64,000 bases of DNA from the NCBI RefSeq assembly GCF_009914755.1, contig NC_060929.1; one strand, written 5' to 3'. The position numbers were made by a program, and so were the translations under genes. The notes beneath the pieces are model-generated. The model saw only the letters and a program-made list of their open reading frames with translations, was not told the origin of the DNA and made no database searches. This stretch comes from the human T2T-CHM13v2.0 reference genome, Homo sapiens. Numbering within the stretch: the stretch's first letter is position 1; every line of letters begins with the position of its first letter. Positions 44,946-58,830 of the stretch are shown piece by piece.

Positions 44946-46164
44946 AAAGGAATCAAAGCTCATAACAGTGTTCCTGAAGCCTCACAACAATGCAAATCAT
45001 ACCAGGACAACTGACCTTTAGCCATCCTCCAGTCCTTACTAGGCCAGAAAGAGAACCTGGATGTTCTGGAAAGATGTTGAGTAATCCCAGGATTGGAACA
45101 AAAGCATTTTCTGCTTGACCCTTAATACTTTTAATACTCTGAAATACTCTTAATGTTCTGAAACAACTCAATTTCTCCAAGTATTTATAGCTGTTTTGCA
45201 TTGTGTGGGGAACCCTTACATTCTAGGTACCCCACTTTTCCATATCAATCAGAAGGGTCTTTGTTAACACACGCTTAAGCTAGGGTTTTTCTAAGCTTTC
45301 CTATGAGAGTCCCGCGCAACTGAAACTTGCTTTTCATTACAGTTTGGGGGTCTTGACATTTAGGACACCACTGTCTATCATGGGATGATTAATTAATATT
45401 TTGCCATCTCTCTGATTCCATGAGCAGAACATCATTGTTCAGCTTCCAGTCTTTCTTTATGCCAACAACAGCAAACCCTGACTCTAGGTTGACAAAGAAG
45501 AGAAAATTTGTAAACATCCTGGGATTAATTACTACTGGGATCTGTCTGCCCATCCACGCTAATAAAGTATGAGACTTCCCCCTATTTATCATCTTTATTT
45601 CCTCAGAGACATCAGAAAACAGCCCTCCCTAACAAAATGGAATGAATCTGATTAATGCAGGAGCTCAGCAGCCCGAATCCTTCATCACACCATCAGAAAC
45701 AAAAAAGGAGGGGGGCATCCAATACAAAGTGCCTGCATAACCTTTTGTCTCTCATAGCCCCCTGTCACCAGCCAGATTAGCATCGGAGGCAGGGAGCGTA
45801 AAGGCCTGACATTCGGCTCTGTGTTTTAGCTGAAACTAATTTCCTTTCCAGCATTCGAGGCCCTGGCCACTGGACCTTCCTGGCAGGTCTGGTTCTTTTG
45901 CCAAGGAACGAATGTCAAGGGCTTTCTTGTCTTAGAAAGGAACGCACTGTTTCACTGGCCTGCAGCAGGTTGCAGGGGACCCAAACACCAGGTCAGAGCC
46001 CCGTATGTGCTGGCTGTCCCCTTGAGCAGGTCTTTGCATTCTTTTGAAAGAGAAGGGGACAGCAGGGTTAAGGGAACAGATTCTTGAGAAAGAAGGAGAA
46101 AGACAGGAGTCAGCAAAAATAAGCCATAAACTCTGGTAAACATTAGGTCCCTAAGGACCTAAAA

Positions 46165-46600
46165 CGGCCTTTAAGCCCCTGCATGGTTGATCTGTGTCCT
46201 TTTCCAGCTTCCCCTCCTTTCACATATCCTAACATCCTGTGCCCCAAACACACTGACCTTATTTCAGAGCCAAGCTCCATCCTTCCACAAGACTTTTGCA
46301 CAGGGCTGTCCTCACCTCTTCAACGTCACCCATCCCACTACCACCCCTCTCCCCTTTATCTAGCTAACTCCACCAAACTCTTAGGTCTTAGTTCAAAGAT
46401 CACTTCCTCAGGTTGTCTTCCCTGAACTTTTAGGCTAGGTCAGGCCCACCTGGGTAACAATTCAGAACACCTGCTTCCATTGGGATTTTACATTTATTAG
46501 CGGGGTCGTTTGAATCATGTCTGTTCCTTTTACAAGACTGTAGTCTCCATGAAGCTAACTCTTACATCTTGTTTCCATGGTATCTGCAGAACCCAGGCCT
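46165..46600 (+). mobile_element. L2 fragment
   Basis: TTAGGTCTTAGTTCAAAGATCACTTCCTCAGG...AGACTGTAGTCTCCATGA. Confidence 0.65.
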
Positions 46601-46714
46601 CTTCATGGTATGGAGGAGACACGACTATGCAGGAATCATGAACAGCATTTTTACCAAGAAGAAAACTAAGTCCACTTGGCTTCTAATACAACGTTTTTAT
46701 AATGCTTATAACCA

Positions 46715-47220
<506 letters not shown>

Positions 47221-47689
47221 AATCCAGGAGGGCTCAAAAGCTCAGACTTTATTAATTAAGAATTTATGATAATTCAGATAAGAACTTGACTGGCGCTGAC
47301 TTTTTCAAAATCTATGAAGAACGTCAAGCTCATAAGAGTGATTCAGAACTTATTTGAGGGGAAGACGGACAGAAGAAAGATTTAGAATGCAAATGGAAGG
47401 TTAACATTGTGGAGAGAGTATGTTTAAACTGCTTAAGAGGACAAATTGTTTTTAAAATGTCAAATTAGGCATTTTTAGAAGCATTTATTTACAGACAATT
47501 CTGTTATGGTAATTACAAATAGTTATTATTCTCTATGCATCAAAATAGGTTCCCTAAGGATTTCTACAGTACAGTTATTTATTAGCCTACTTCCTATTAG
47601 TATTAGTGCTTAAAAGTAAGAAAACTGCACACCCTTTCAAATATTTTATATTATAATTGATCTCAGTGGTTCCAGCAAGCCTGTCTCTC

Positions 47690-48095
47690 CCAACTCCAAT
47701 GCTGCCATTCCTTTGGCGTCTTGCACAGAGTAAGCTCCTTCCTGCCTCCAAACTTTTGCACTTGCTCTTCCCTCCACCAGGAGCACCCACCCCTAAATCT
47801 TCACAGGGTATGTTTCTTCCTGTCACTCAGGAGCTAGGACAGGTTTGTTGCTCAGTGAGCACTTTTCTAAGAGGGCCCTCTCCTACTCACTCTACTTTGC
47901 TTGGCTTGGTTTAAATTATTTCACAGCTCCAACTTTTGTTGAAAATTACCCTAGATCCATGTGGGTTTCTTTAATGCCCAACTCTGCCCTCTAGGCTGAG
48001 GGCTTCCTGAGCAAAGTGGCTTCTCCTCTTTATGTCCCAGTGTCTGGCAGAAGGTCTGGAATGTAGTGAGGGCTTAGGAATTTTTAATTGAATGT
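47690..48095 (+). mobile_element. L2 fragment
   Basis: CTTTTGCACTTGCTCTTCCCTC...CCCAGTGTCTGGCAG...TTGAATGTATG. Confidence 0.6.
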
Positions 48096-48985
48096 ATGAT
48101 ATGTACAGTTTCTACACCAATTTGAGTGGGTTAGGAAAAGCTGATTCGAGAGCTAATCCTGATAGATCCAAACAAATAAACAGAAAGTCCTTTAACCTCT
48201 TCAGCATAAGAATGCTTTCTTTCAGAAATAGTATTCAATTTGGCATTTTTACAGAAAATCAGCTGCCATACCAGCAAACATTGTGTAGTCAGGGAGACAG
48301 AAACTGTTTAAAGGGTGGTTAAGATTGACTGATGATTTAATGAAACAATCGACAATAAACCTCACCTTTCTCTCTCTCCCTACCCCACCTACACAGCTCC
48401 ACCACCCTTTATGAAAGCTTTAACTTAGAAACACTTAGGACCAATTGTCTTGTTTTGTGAAATTAATATGAGCTGGAAGAAAGCAGTAATGGTGTCGTTA
48501 TATGGTAGTGCAAATTCTAAGCTCAATAAACATTGCATCCGTCATCCTAGAAAGCTAATATAAACAGTGTGTTGTCATTGATTAATTTATTTAAGAATCT
48601 CCATCTGATTCACTCTCAGAGGAGCACCATGGAGAATTCATTATTTGATGATGAACGTGTTGATGCTGCCTTGCACTAATGAGGAAAGTTACTGACCCGC
48701 AAAGATGACATGTCTTTTTCAAGGAAATTGAGGGGGGCCAGTTGGGCCAGGTGGGAAAGGAAAATCCTAATTCTTCCTGTTCTCTCCACCTGTCTACCTT
48801 CCCACTCCCTTGCCCTGGATTTTTCTCTTCCTGCTTTCAAATTTTCTTTCCCCTTTCATCTCTACTGCTTCCTTTCCACCCTTCAAAACCATCTCTTAGT
48901 GACTGACTCTGTGCTGAGGTCTAGATTCGGAGAGTAGCTGGAAAAGAAGAAGATATTTCTAATACTAAAAATGACACAAATAAGC

Positions 48986-49298
48986 AAAGGCTCCCAACCC
49001 CAGGTACCTATAGAGACTGGGCAGATAATTTAAGCAAGTGAAGCAGACTGAATGTGACAATAGAGAGTGGTGGGGACTGTGGTGACCTGGAGAGGAGATA
49101 TGCCTCCTCTAGAAGGAGTCAATGCCACCCAGCTCCATTCCATGTTGCCATGAAAAAATGTCACCCTCGCATGACCAGAACTTTCAAGCTGGAAATCTGA
49201 GTTTTTATGGGAATTTTTCCAAATTTTGAAACCCTATGTGAGCCCCCAAATTAGTGTTTGACTAGATTCAGCCCACAGACTGCCACTTGCAGCCCCTG
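48986..49298. mobile_element. MER102-like (hAT-Charlie)
   Basis: GACAATAGAGAGTGGTGGGGACTGTGG...GATTCAGCCCACAGACTGCCACTTGCAGCCCCTG. Confidence 0.75.
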
Positions 49299-49704
49299 AT
49301 GTTAATTGTTCCTGGCTCAGAGTCTCTCTCCATGGCTAACGCACTCCACCTCCTGAGTACTCATCTTCCCTTCTTACCCCCATTTCCCCTCGTGCCCCAG
49401 CTCTACTCCTTTTTAGAAAATTTTACTTTCTCTCTTTCATTCCCTCTGTGCCCTGTGTCTCTTTTCCTTCCATTGCCTCCAATGTTTTCAGAGTCGCATC
49501 CCCTTTCAAGGCTTGCTCAGACATCAGCAACACAGCGTTAGTGGAGAGGAGAAGAAAAGTGGAGCTAGAAGCATTAGGACCAATTTACCAGGCTGGGGAG
49601 GTGTGCGGTGGAGTAGGAAGGATGGGGAGAAGAAAATTAGCTTGGCCAGAGCCCCGGGCCCTTTCAAAGACCCATCTTAGAAAAATGTAGAGAACAACAA
49701 GGAG

Positions 49705-51880
49705 AGCTACAAGACACAGCTAAAAGAAATCACAGATGACACAAAGAAATAGAAAAACATTCCATGCTCATGGATTGGAAGAATCAATATCATTAAAATG
49801 GCCATACTACCCAAAGCAATCTACAGATTCAATGCTATTCCTATCAAACTACCAGCATCATTTTTCTCAGAAGTAGAAAAAACTATTCTAAAATTCACAT
49901 GGAATCAAAAATGAGCCTGAATATACAAAGCAATTCTAAACAAAAAGAATAAAACTGGAGGCATCACATTACCCAACTTTAAACTATAGGCTACAGTAAC
50001 CAAAACAGCATGGTACTGGTACAAAAACAGACACATAGACCAATGGAACAGAATAGAGAACCAAGAAATAAATCTCCACACCTACAGCCATCTGATCTTT
50101 GGCAAAGGTGACAAAAATAACCCTGTTTAATAAACAGTGCTGGGATAGCTGTCTAGCCATATGCAGAATAATAAAACTGGACCCCTACTTTTCACCACAT
50201 AAAAAAATTAACTCAAGATGGGTCAAAAATTTAACTGTAAGAACTCAAACTATAAGAATCCTAGAGGAAAACCTAGGAGCATTATTCTGGATGTAGACCT
50301 TGGAAAAGAATTTATTATTAAGTCCTCAAAAGCAATTGTAACAAAAACAAAAATTGACAAGTAGAACCTAATTAAACTAAAGAGTTTCTGCACATGAAAA
50401 CACACTGTCAACAGAGCAAACAGACAACCTACAGAATGGAAGAAAATATTCATAAACTATGCATCTGAAAAAAAGATCTAACATCCAGAATCTATAAGGA
50501 ACTTAAACAATTGAACAAGCAAAAAACAAATAACCTTATTAAAAAATGGGCAAAAGACATTAACAGATACTTCTCAAAAGAAGACATAACTGGCCAATAA
50601 ACATGAAAAAATGCTCCACATCACTAATCATCAGAGAAATGCAAATCAAAACCACAATGAGATACCATCTCACACCAGTCAGAATGGCTATTATTAAAAA
50701 GTCAAAAAACAAAAAAAAATGCTAGCAAGGCTGCAGAGAAAAGGGAACACTTATATACTGTTGATGGGAATGTAAACTGTGGAGTCCTAATTAGGGAAAA
50801 GAAGTCAGGCTGATGGGAGCAGAGGAAAGCAAAAAGAAAAACCAGATAAGCTACAAGTCTGCCTTTCTTCATGGTCCAGGACACATAGCCCTCCCGCACA
50901 AATTACTCACAATCTTCCTCCACCCAGCTATCATCAGACCTTTAGCTAATACAAAAAATTACAAGTTAGTTCACTGCAACCTTGGTGTTATTGATACTGC
51001 ACAAGCCCTCATCAGCACACAGCACAGCACTTATTCTATTAAATGTCCAGCAAGCTTTTGTTTCTTTGCAGTCAGCCCCTCTTCTGCTGATTCTGCCCAT
51101 TGCCCCTTGCAACGTATTTTCATACTCTCTAATGAGGTTGCCTTTCTTTACCTGCAACCATCTTGGTAATTTCTTTTACCCCTGTGCTACTGGCCCAGAT
51201 AGTCAGTGCTCACCCATGATATAAACTAGTTTAGCCACTGTGGAAAGCAGTTTGGAGATTTCTCAAAGAATTTAAAGCAAAACTGCCATTCAACCCCACA
51301 GCCCCATTACTGGTATATATATCCAAAAGAAAATATATTGTTCTACCAAAAAGACACATGGACTCACATGCTCATCACAGCACTATGCACAACAGCAAAG
51401 ACATGGAATCAACTTAGGTGCCCATCAATGGTGGACTGGATACAGAGAATGTGGTACATATACACCGTGGACTACTGCACAGCCATAAAGAAAAATGAAA
51501 TTATGTTCTTTGCAGCAACATGGATGCAGCTGGAGGCCGTTATCCTAAGCAAATTAATGCAGGAACAGAAAACCAAATGCCACATGTTCTCACTTATACG
51601 CGGGAGCAAAACATTAAGTACTTATGGACATAAAGATGGGAACAATAGAAACTGGGTACTCCTAGGGGAAGGAGGGAAGGAGGTGAGCAAGGGTTGAAAA
51701 ACTAACTATTGGGTACTGTGCTCAGTATCTGGGTGACAGGATCATTCATAATCCAAACCTCACCATCATGCAATATACCCCGGCAACAGACCTGTGCGTG
51801 TACCCCTGAATCTAAAATAAAAGTTGGAAAAAATTAAATTAAATTACAGAGTTGTACACACAAAAAAAAATAAATAATAA
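49705..51880 (+). mobile_element. L1PA15/16-like, 5'-truncated, interrupted by an LTR
   Basis: ORF2 3' part; 3' UTR GGGTTGAAAAACTAACTATTGGGTAC...CTGAATCTAAAATAAAAGTTGG. Confidence 0.88.
50778..51221 (+). mobile_element. MER83/MER84-like solo LTR
   Basis: Starts TGTGGAGTCCTAATTAGGGAAAAG; TSD TAAAC at 50773-50777 and 51222-51226; L1 resumes in register. Confidence 0.82.
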
Positions 51881-51884
51881 AATA

Positions 51885-52400
51885 TCTAGGTTCTGTGATA
51901 CCACACTCTCCTCGTATATCTGTCTTCTGATACTCTTTAGTTTCCTTTACAAGTTCTGTTTTCTGCCAGGCCCTTAAAGATTGACATTCCTCTTGGTTCT
52001 GTTCTTAAGCCTATTCTCTCCATACACTCCCATACCCTCCCTCTGCTCTCTCAACCCCTCATGTAGCTGCAATGCTCACCTCTATGTGGGCTCTCAAGTT
52101 AGTACCTCCATACTAAATCTCCCTTTTGATCTTGAGAGCCACCACTCTCTCGTCTGAATGTCTGAAACAATTTCCTTGCTTCTGTCTTTTCTCCAAAACT
52201 TGACTCCATCATCTTGCACTGTAGCCAGAGTGATCATTTTAAAATGCAACTCTTGCCATGTTACTAGATCTTGTAATGACGTTCCGTTGTTCTCATGATA
52301 AATATAAACTTTTTGACAGATCTTAAGAATCCTTCATGGTCATGTCCCTATAAAGCCTTCCATCCTTACTTTTTCCTACTTCCCCTCTTCCATGCAATAT
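51885..52400 (+). mobile_element. L2 fragment
   Basis: CACTGTAGCCAGAGTGATCATTTTAAAATGCAA. Confidence 0.65.
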
Positions 52401-52984
52401 GGTAGCTTAATTGCTTATACCAGTTCCTCCAGAAAAAAATGTCCTGAATGCACTCATTAATGTTGCATAATGTCTAAGTGTTGCTAAAAAGTAAAAGTAT
52501 CTGGCTTCAAAAATAAAAATAAAAATTTTTAGAAAGCAAAAATATAGAGAACAAACATCAAGGCAAGGAGGTAGGGGTTGCCAGCACCCCTCTCACTCCC
52601 CATCCTGTACTCTTCTCTGATTTTTCTCCCAGCTTCTCCCTTGCTGATTCTCTAGTTCTATGATAGCACTATCTGAAGGTTCCAGAGGGCTTTTCACATG
52701 CTTGGGAATAGGTAAACAACCAAGGAAAAAGTATCTCTAATGCCTTCTAAAGCAAAATTCCGGACTAAGCTTGTGAAGCCAGAAGCATCTACCAGCCCAC
52801 ATCCTGTCCTGTGGGGAGACTGTCTGCCAGCTGGGTCACGGTCCCAGATGGTGACTTGTGAGAAGCGAGTTGATAGCAACCACAGCTTGGTCTCCACATC
52901 CTAAGGCACTACTTATTGGCCTGCCTTCTAAGAATGAAGAAACAGGCCCCAATAATGCAGAAGGCACAGTCGCTAAGGGAGGAC

Positions 52985-53120
52985 TCCAAGTGCTTTACAT
53001 GTATCATGGCATTTAATTCCAACAATGACTCTATGAGGTAGGAACTACTGTGGGTTCCGTTTTACAGAGGGGGAAACCAAGGCACAAAAAGATTATGTAC
53101 TCTTCCCAAGATTACTGTGG
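52985..53120 (-). mobile_element. MIR
   Basis: CTATGAGGTAGG...TTTACAGAGGGGGAAACCAAGGCACA. Confidence 0.75.
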
Positions 53121-54205
53121 AAACAAAGTGAGATTCTTAGTGCGTTACATTAATAAGATACAAAGAACCAAAGAGGGTTTTTTTTTTTTCATTTTAAACT
53201 GGTTTGCACAAAGCTATTAGCAGCAGATTAATAGCTTTATTAATAGTCCCTTTATTTATAGTAACCCTAATAGGTTAATATATTACCCTTCCCAAGGGAC
53301 TCATTCATCCAATACATACTGATTGAAAATCTACTATTGCACCCTAGATAGGGATGCAGAGAGAAGGTTCTAGACTCTCCATGCCTCAGAAGGCCTCCCC
53401 CTCCTACCACGTGGCCCTGGACTAACGACACCACTTGGCTTTGTCTTTAAGCTAAGATATACCTTCCAGAGAGCACCTAGTGCAGTAGGAAGGGCCTGCC
53501 TTGATGGGGCCCTCTATTCTTTGCAGGACTGTGCTGCAGCTCTCTGCCTAGTCTTTTGTCTGCCTCTTGAGTCGATGATAAATTATCAGGCCCTTGTTCC
53601 ACTCAGCACCACCTTTGCTGTCTTTGCCTGCCCTGCATCAAGCCTTTTCTTCCCCACCTTCCCTTTCTTCTCTCATTCTAATTCCTGGACTCCACAGCCA
53701 AGTCCACAGTCTGTCACTTTGACAGGATCGTAAGTGGTCAAGTCCCAGGAAAGTCCCTGGATGGTCCTGCTTTCCTTTCCCTTTTCATGGGGCAATCCTT
53801 TTCTTTGACTTTTTAGGGGCATTTCAGGGGCATCCAGAAAGATCGAGTGATGTAGTGATGTACCGAGTGTAGCATGATGGTACATATGGGGAGATACTGG
53901 GATTCAGGCCAGCTCGTGCTTGTCAGCTTGGAAGGGGACTCCCCTTTGGCAGTTGGGGGCATTTTCTCCATTTGTGAACTGAGAAGGCTGGTCAAGATGT
54001 TCCCTGACCATTCTCACCATCAAGTTCAAATGATCTTCTTAGATGCTCAGACAGACCAAAGGGGAGTAGGGTGCTCTGGGCAAAACCAGAGTTTCTCACA
54101 AGAGGGTGAGCACCCCCCTCTATGGTACAATTCCAGGGGTGGAAAGACCTCCCACCTTTCACCCTGAAGCTCCTCCCTTCTCTGATACCAGAAACTGTCT
54201 CGTGA

Positions 54206-54264
54206 TATCATTTTGGGAAATAAAATCAATTTTATTTTATCATTTTGGGAAATAAAATCAATTT
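54206..54264. repeat. Direct repeat of 27 bp, period 32 (TATCATTTTGGGAAATAAAATCAATTT)
   Basis: Direct reading. Confidence 0.9.
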
Positions 54265-54354
54265 ATAATGCAATATCATTACAGAACCTTAGCTTTAAGG
54301 ATCCTTAGCTCATGAGGACAATGCACCTTGAGTTTGCATAATAAAATGTTCACC

Positions 54355-54665
<311 letters not shown>

Positions 54666-54939
54666 GTTCACCATGATGTGAAGCTGGCAATTGCCAGGGA
54701 TCATAAATAAGATAGGACTTTTGGGAACATCAGGGAGAAAACTTTAGCTTAGAAACAGTGTTTGCCTTTTGCACTGCTATATGCCTGGTATATCCATGGC
54801 CCTTTTCTGTCTTAAGCCCATCCACTTTATTTGACAAACAAATGAAAAACAAGACTCAGCTTTGGATGAAGGAAGGTGGAGAGAAGTTCTGGGAAGGACC
54901 TTTTGCTTTCTGGCAGAGGGGGAACAGAACCTACCCATG

Positions 54940-55410
54940 AGGGCAGGGCTCTGATCTAAGCGCCCATGAGAAACTCATGAAAAGTAAAACCCACTTCCTG
55001 CCTGTTAGGGGTTTATGATAAAGTAACTGCATGCAAATAACAGAAAAGCAAGACTGACCATGCAATGCATTTCTAAAGCTATACGAAGGACATACATGGG
55101 AGAGGCAGAGTTTAATTTTGGTAACAATGAAGTAAGAGAAAGAATTGAAAATACTCCTGGAAAAGGTAGATTTTAAAGGGTGGATCAACAAGTGAAGATG
55201 GCATTCCTGGTGGAGAACCAGGCACAAATACGGGCACAGAGGTGGGGAACTGCATGCCATCTTGTCTGGTCCAGCAGTTGAAATGTGTTGTCAGGCAAGG
55301 TGGGAAGTGGAGACTAGAGAATTAAATCAAGTCTTGATGGTGGAGAGCCTGGATTGTTGGGTCAAGGCTGTGGGATTTTATCCTGAAGACAACAATTGAT
55401 GTGTTAGAGG
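54940..55410 (-). mobile_element. L2 fragment
   Basis: GCATTCCTGGTGGAGAACCAGGCACAAA...TGGGATTTTATCCTGAAGAC. Confidence 0.6.
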
Positions 55411-55419
55411 GATGGGAGC

Positions 55420-55635
55420 ATCGTGCTTAAGAGTGTGGTCTGTCTGGCACCATGCAGCTGCCCTTGCTTCCAACATAACATCATTTACTTAACGTCTCTG
55501 AGCTACAATCTCCTCATCTATAAAAGATAGATGATCGTAGTCCTATTTTACAGACTCCTGGTGAAGATTCAATAAAGCAATGCATACAAATGCTTGCACA
55601 GGGCTGGCCACACATTAAGCATTTACTAAATGCTC
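55420..55635 (+). mobile_element. MIR
   Basis: TTACTTAACGTCTCTGAGCTACAATCTCCTCATCTATAAAA. Confidence 0.75.
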
Positions 55636-55748
55636 ATTTTTAACTTTAAAGGTTTTGACATGGGAAGTGATAAGATCAAGTCTTGTCTCAGGATGCCATT
55701 GAAAGTAATGGCAAAAACCACATGCCAAAAACCTGCATGCCAAAACAA

Positions 55749-55826
55749 TTAGGTTGGTGCAAAGTAATTGAGGTTTTGCCATCGAAAGTAATGGAAAAAA
55801 CTGCAATTACTTTTGCACCAACCTAA
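55749..55826. mobile_element. MADE1 (Hsmar1 mariner MITE), with a partial copy at 55694-55720
   Basis: TTAGGTTGGTGCAAAGTAATTG...CAATTACTTTTGCACCAACCTAA. Confidence 0.95.
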
Positions 55827-56429
55827 TTGTTTTGGCATGCAGGAGAGGCTGATCTAGATTTTGGGGCCAGCCAAGGAGAAGCATGTGAAAAATCTGTAGC
55901 TGGGGTTGGGCCCAGGAGGGATACCACAGTGGAGAGTCCTGGGAAGAGGCAGCCAAGGAAAGAATAATTTGCTTTGCTTCTCTTAGAGGGAGCAGCTTCT
56001 CTTCTCGAGGGAGGGTAGAAAGAACCTCAGAGGGTCCAGAGTATCACTCAGGAGCTACTCAGCCACAGGGGCAAGGATAAAAGCAACAGCTTGGACAAAG
56101 TCCTGGAGGTAGGATGGGATGTGTGGAATAGCCACTGCAAGACAAATGCAATTGCTCAACACCAATGCAGTATCCTGGTACCAACACTAAAGGTGTCCAG
56201 AGGGTGAGACTGGCACCCTATGTACTGTACTTGTCTCATTTATACCAAAGCCTGCAATGTCCTCCTTGGCTCCTCTGTTTTTACAGATTCTACTTCTCCC
56301 TGCTTAAGTCACACGTCCTCCTTGGGACCTTTCCCAACAACTCTAGCCTATACTGAGCTCTCCCTTCTCTGAACTCCAGAAGTACTTGAGACAGACTCAC
56401 TCTGTTCAGCAGCTAGTTGTTCTTTCAAC

Positions 56430-56545
56430 TACAAAACAGGAGAAAAAGTACATAGAGGTTTCTCATGTACATTAAATGAAACAATCCTTGTAACGCACTC
56501 AGCATAGTACCTATTGCCTCATCAGTGCACAGTAAACATTAGCAA
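56430..56545 (+). mobile_element. MIR 3' fragment
   Basis: ATTAAATGAAAC...GTAACGCACTCAGCATAGTACCT. Confidence 0.55.
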
Positions 56546-57182
56546 TTCTTCTGCTGTTGCTCCTCCTCCTCCTGCTTCACACTGACATTATTATGATTGC
56601 CTAAACACATATGGTAGATGACATCTTTGGGAACAACACACTCCGGGAGACAGGGGTGCGTGGGCCATAGCTGTTATGCCCACTCTTTCTCTCCCACTCA
56701 GGAAAACATCCTAGAGAACGAAGTGAATGAATATGACATTATTATTGCGATAACCTTGAATCTACTCTAATTCATGTTTGTTTTTTAAATCATCTGTCAA
56801 TAATATTGGTACTTTAGCTTCATGAGTCACAAATTACTTGTGGTACAACTCATAATATATTGTGACTCACCAATGTACCGTGGCCATGAAGGTAAGAACT
56901 TCTGCTTAAAGTATTAACCTATGTTAGTTCAGCCTTCCTGGCTAGACTGCACACTCAATGAGAACAGGGACCCTAGTCGGCCCTGCTTCCCACCATGGGT
57001 ACACAGCAAGTGCTTGCCAGCTAAGCTCTTGATTGTCATGTGCTGATACACTGATACCTAACAGCACTTCTAGAAAGGTACTGGTTGCTTAAAACTGGCA
57101 CTTTCATAGTTATGTCTAATTCTGCCCAATTCCTGTGAAAATCTCTGTGAAGGGAGAACATTTCATCAGGACTTTTCTGTAC

Positions 57183-57730
57183 ATTCATCAGAACTTTTTG
57201 GGGTGCAGGTGACAGAAACCTAATTCAAACTTCCCTCAGCAAAAAAGACATAAATTTTTTCATATAATTGAAAAGTCTAAAATTGTAGTTAAATCCAGGT
57301 GAGGCTGAATCCAGATGCTCAAATCATATCAGTGTAAATGTGTTTCTCTCAGTCCCTCAACTCTGCTTTTCCTCTGAACTGTATTTTCTAGCATGTTCTA
57401 TGCTGCTTGTGGGAAAGATAAGACACCAACGGCTCCAGGCTCATTTCATCAGCTTGACAACAGCCAGCAAAACCCTGTCACTTTCCTAATCACTTCAGCA
57501 GAATCCCAGAGCTGACACTCATGGATACAGAATGGGTCACATGTCTATAACTAAAAACTTCCTGTGACTTAGTTTGACCAGGTATAAGTCACATGCTCAG
57601 CTTAGGGCTGGGGTAGAACACATACTATCTAAAACAACAGGTTTGGGAGTTCAGCAAGGATGACTTCCCAGAAGATAATCTTGATGCAGTTCCTAGAGGT
57701 AGAAAAAATGGATGCTGGGCAGACAAATAT
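57183..57730 (-). mobile_element. MLT1K/L-like LTR
   Basis: GGTGCAGGTGACAGAAACCTAATTCAAAC...GGATGCTGGGCAGACAAA. Confidence 0.7.
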
Positions 57731-58624
57731 TTTCAACATTTGGTAAGCCTGGGTGAGGCGTAATGGTTATGTGTAGAAGCAAGAACAACCGTTTCCATGT
57801 CAACTGCTGTCCCCATGGTGAGAAAGACACTGACCCATTGCATCATCTGTGGACAGAGGGTGGCCTTTGCAGACAGCTCTGCGCCTTGACTTTGGTGCCA
57901 GCATTGCAGAGCTGCAGTTTCAAGGCTCTCGCAAGCAGAGACTGATCCCATCAGAATGAAGAGAAGTTAATGGCATCTGCTGAGCTTCATAGAGAAGGGC
58001 TTTGCATGTGGGTGAGCCCGGCTTACATAACCAAAATGGGGGGCATCTGGAAACAGCTGCTAGCCAGTTAGCAAGAAGGTGAACACACATTGTTCTGGTG
58101 TGATTAGTCTGTCTCAGGAATTGCCTTTTCATGGGGCCCTAAAGAAGACAGTAACTGCTTACCCCATCCCACCTCCATGCTTGGCTTTCTCTTTTTCATT
58201 GCTTTCCATTCTCTGTAAACAAGAGTTGACCCTGGCCAAGATTACCACTGTCTATAACTATGGAGAAATGTGCAAGGTGAAGTTTTTCTTGGCCAGTTTG
58301 CTCTTTAAGAGAAAAAATTACAATGACTGAAAGACAAGTCTTACTATGTAGACACCTTTTGTCTACATAGACACGAAAGGTGTCTGCACAGAAGACTTAT
58401 GGGTTTTTCTGCTAGAGAACTGGACTGAGTGGTCCTAATGGACATTGCTGATATTTTACAATAATCCATTAATAGTGATTGGTGGGCAGAACAAGAACGA
58501 CTAAATTTTAGGATAACAAAGCAAGAAATGACCCTAGTAATCATTCTGACTCTGTAAGATTTATGAGTTCATCAACTGACTCTGTCTTGTTCACTGCTAT
58601 ATTCCCAGTGCGCAGCACTCTGGC

Positions 58625-58830
58625 ACTCTGGCACCCCATCTAGCACTCTGGGAATTCCACCATACCTCTTTACTGTGTTCACAGCAGACATCACTAATCA
58701 ATCACCATGCTTTTTCCCACTGATGGAGGATATGTCCTCAGAGTCATTTCTCAACATGGAATTCCAAGAATCTAATTCCAGTCAATCAATAGTGACACAT
58801 AAACCAAAACTGATTTTTCATTCCTGACTA
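58625..58830. mobile_element. hAT MITE (MER105-like)
   Basis: GCAGACATCACTAATCAATCAC...CCTCAGAGTCATTTCTCAACA. Confidence 0.5.
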
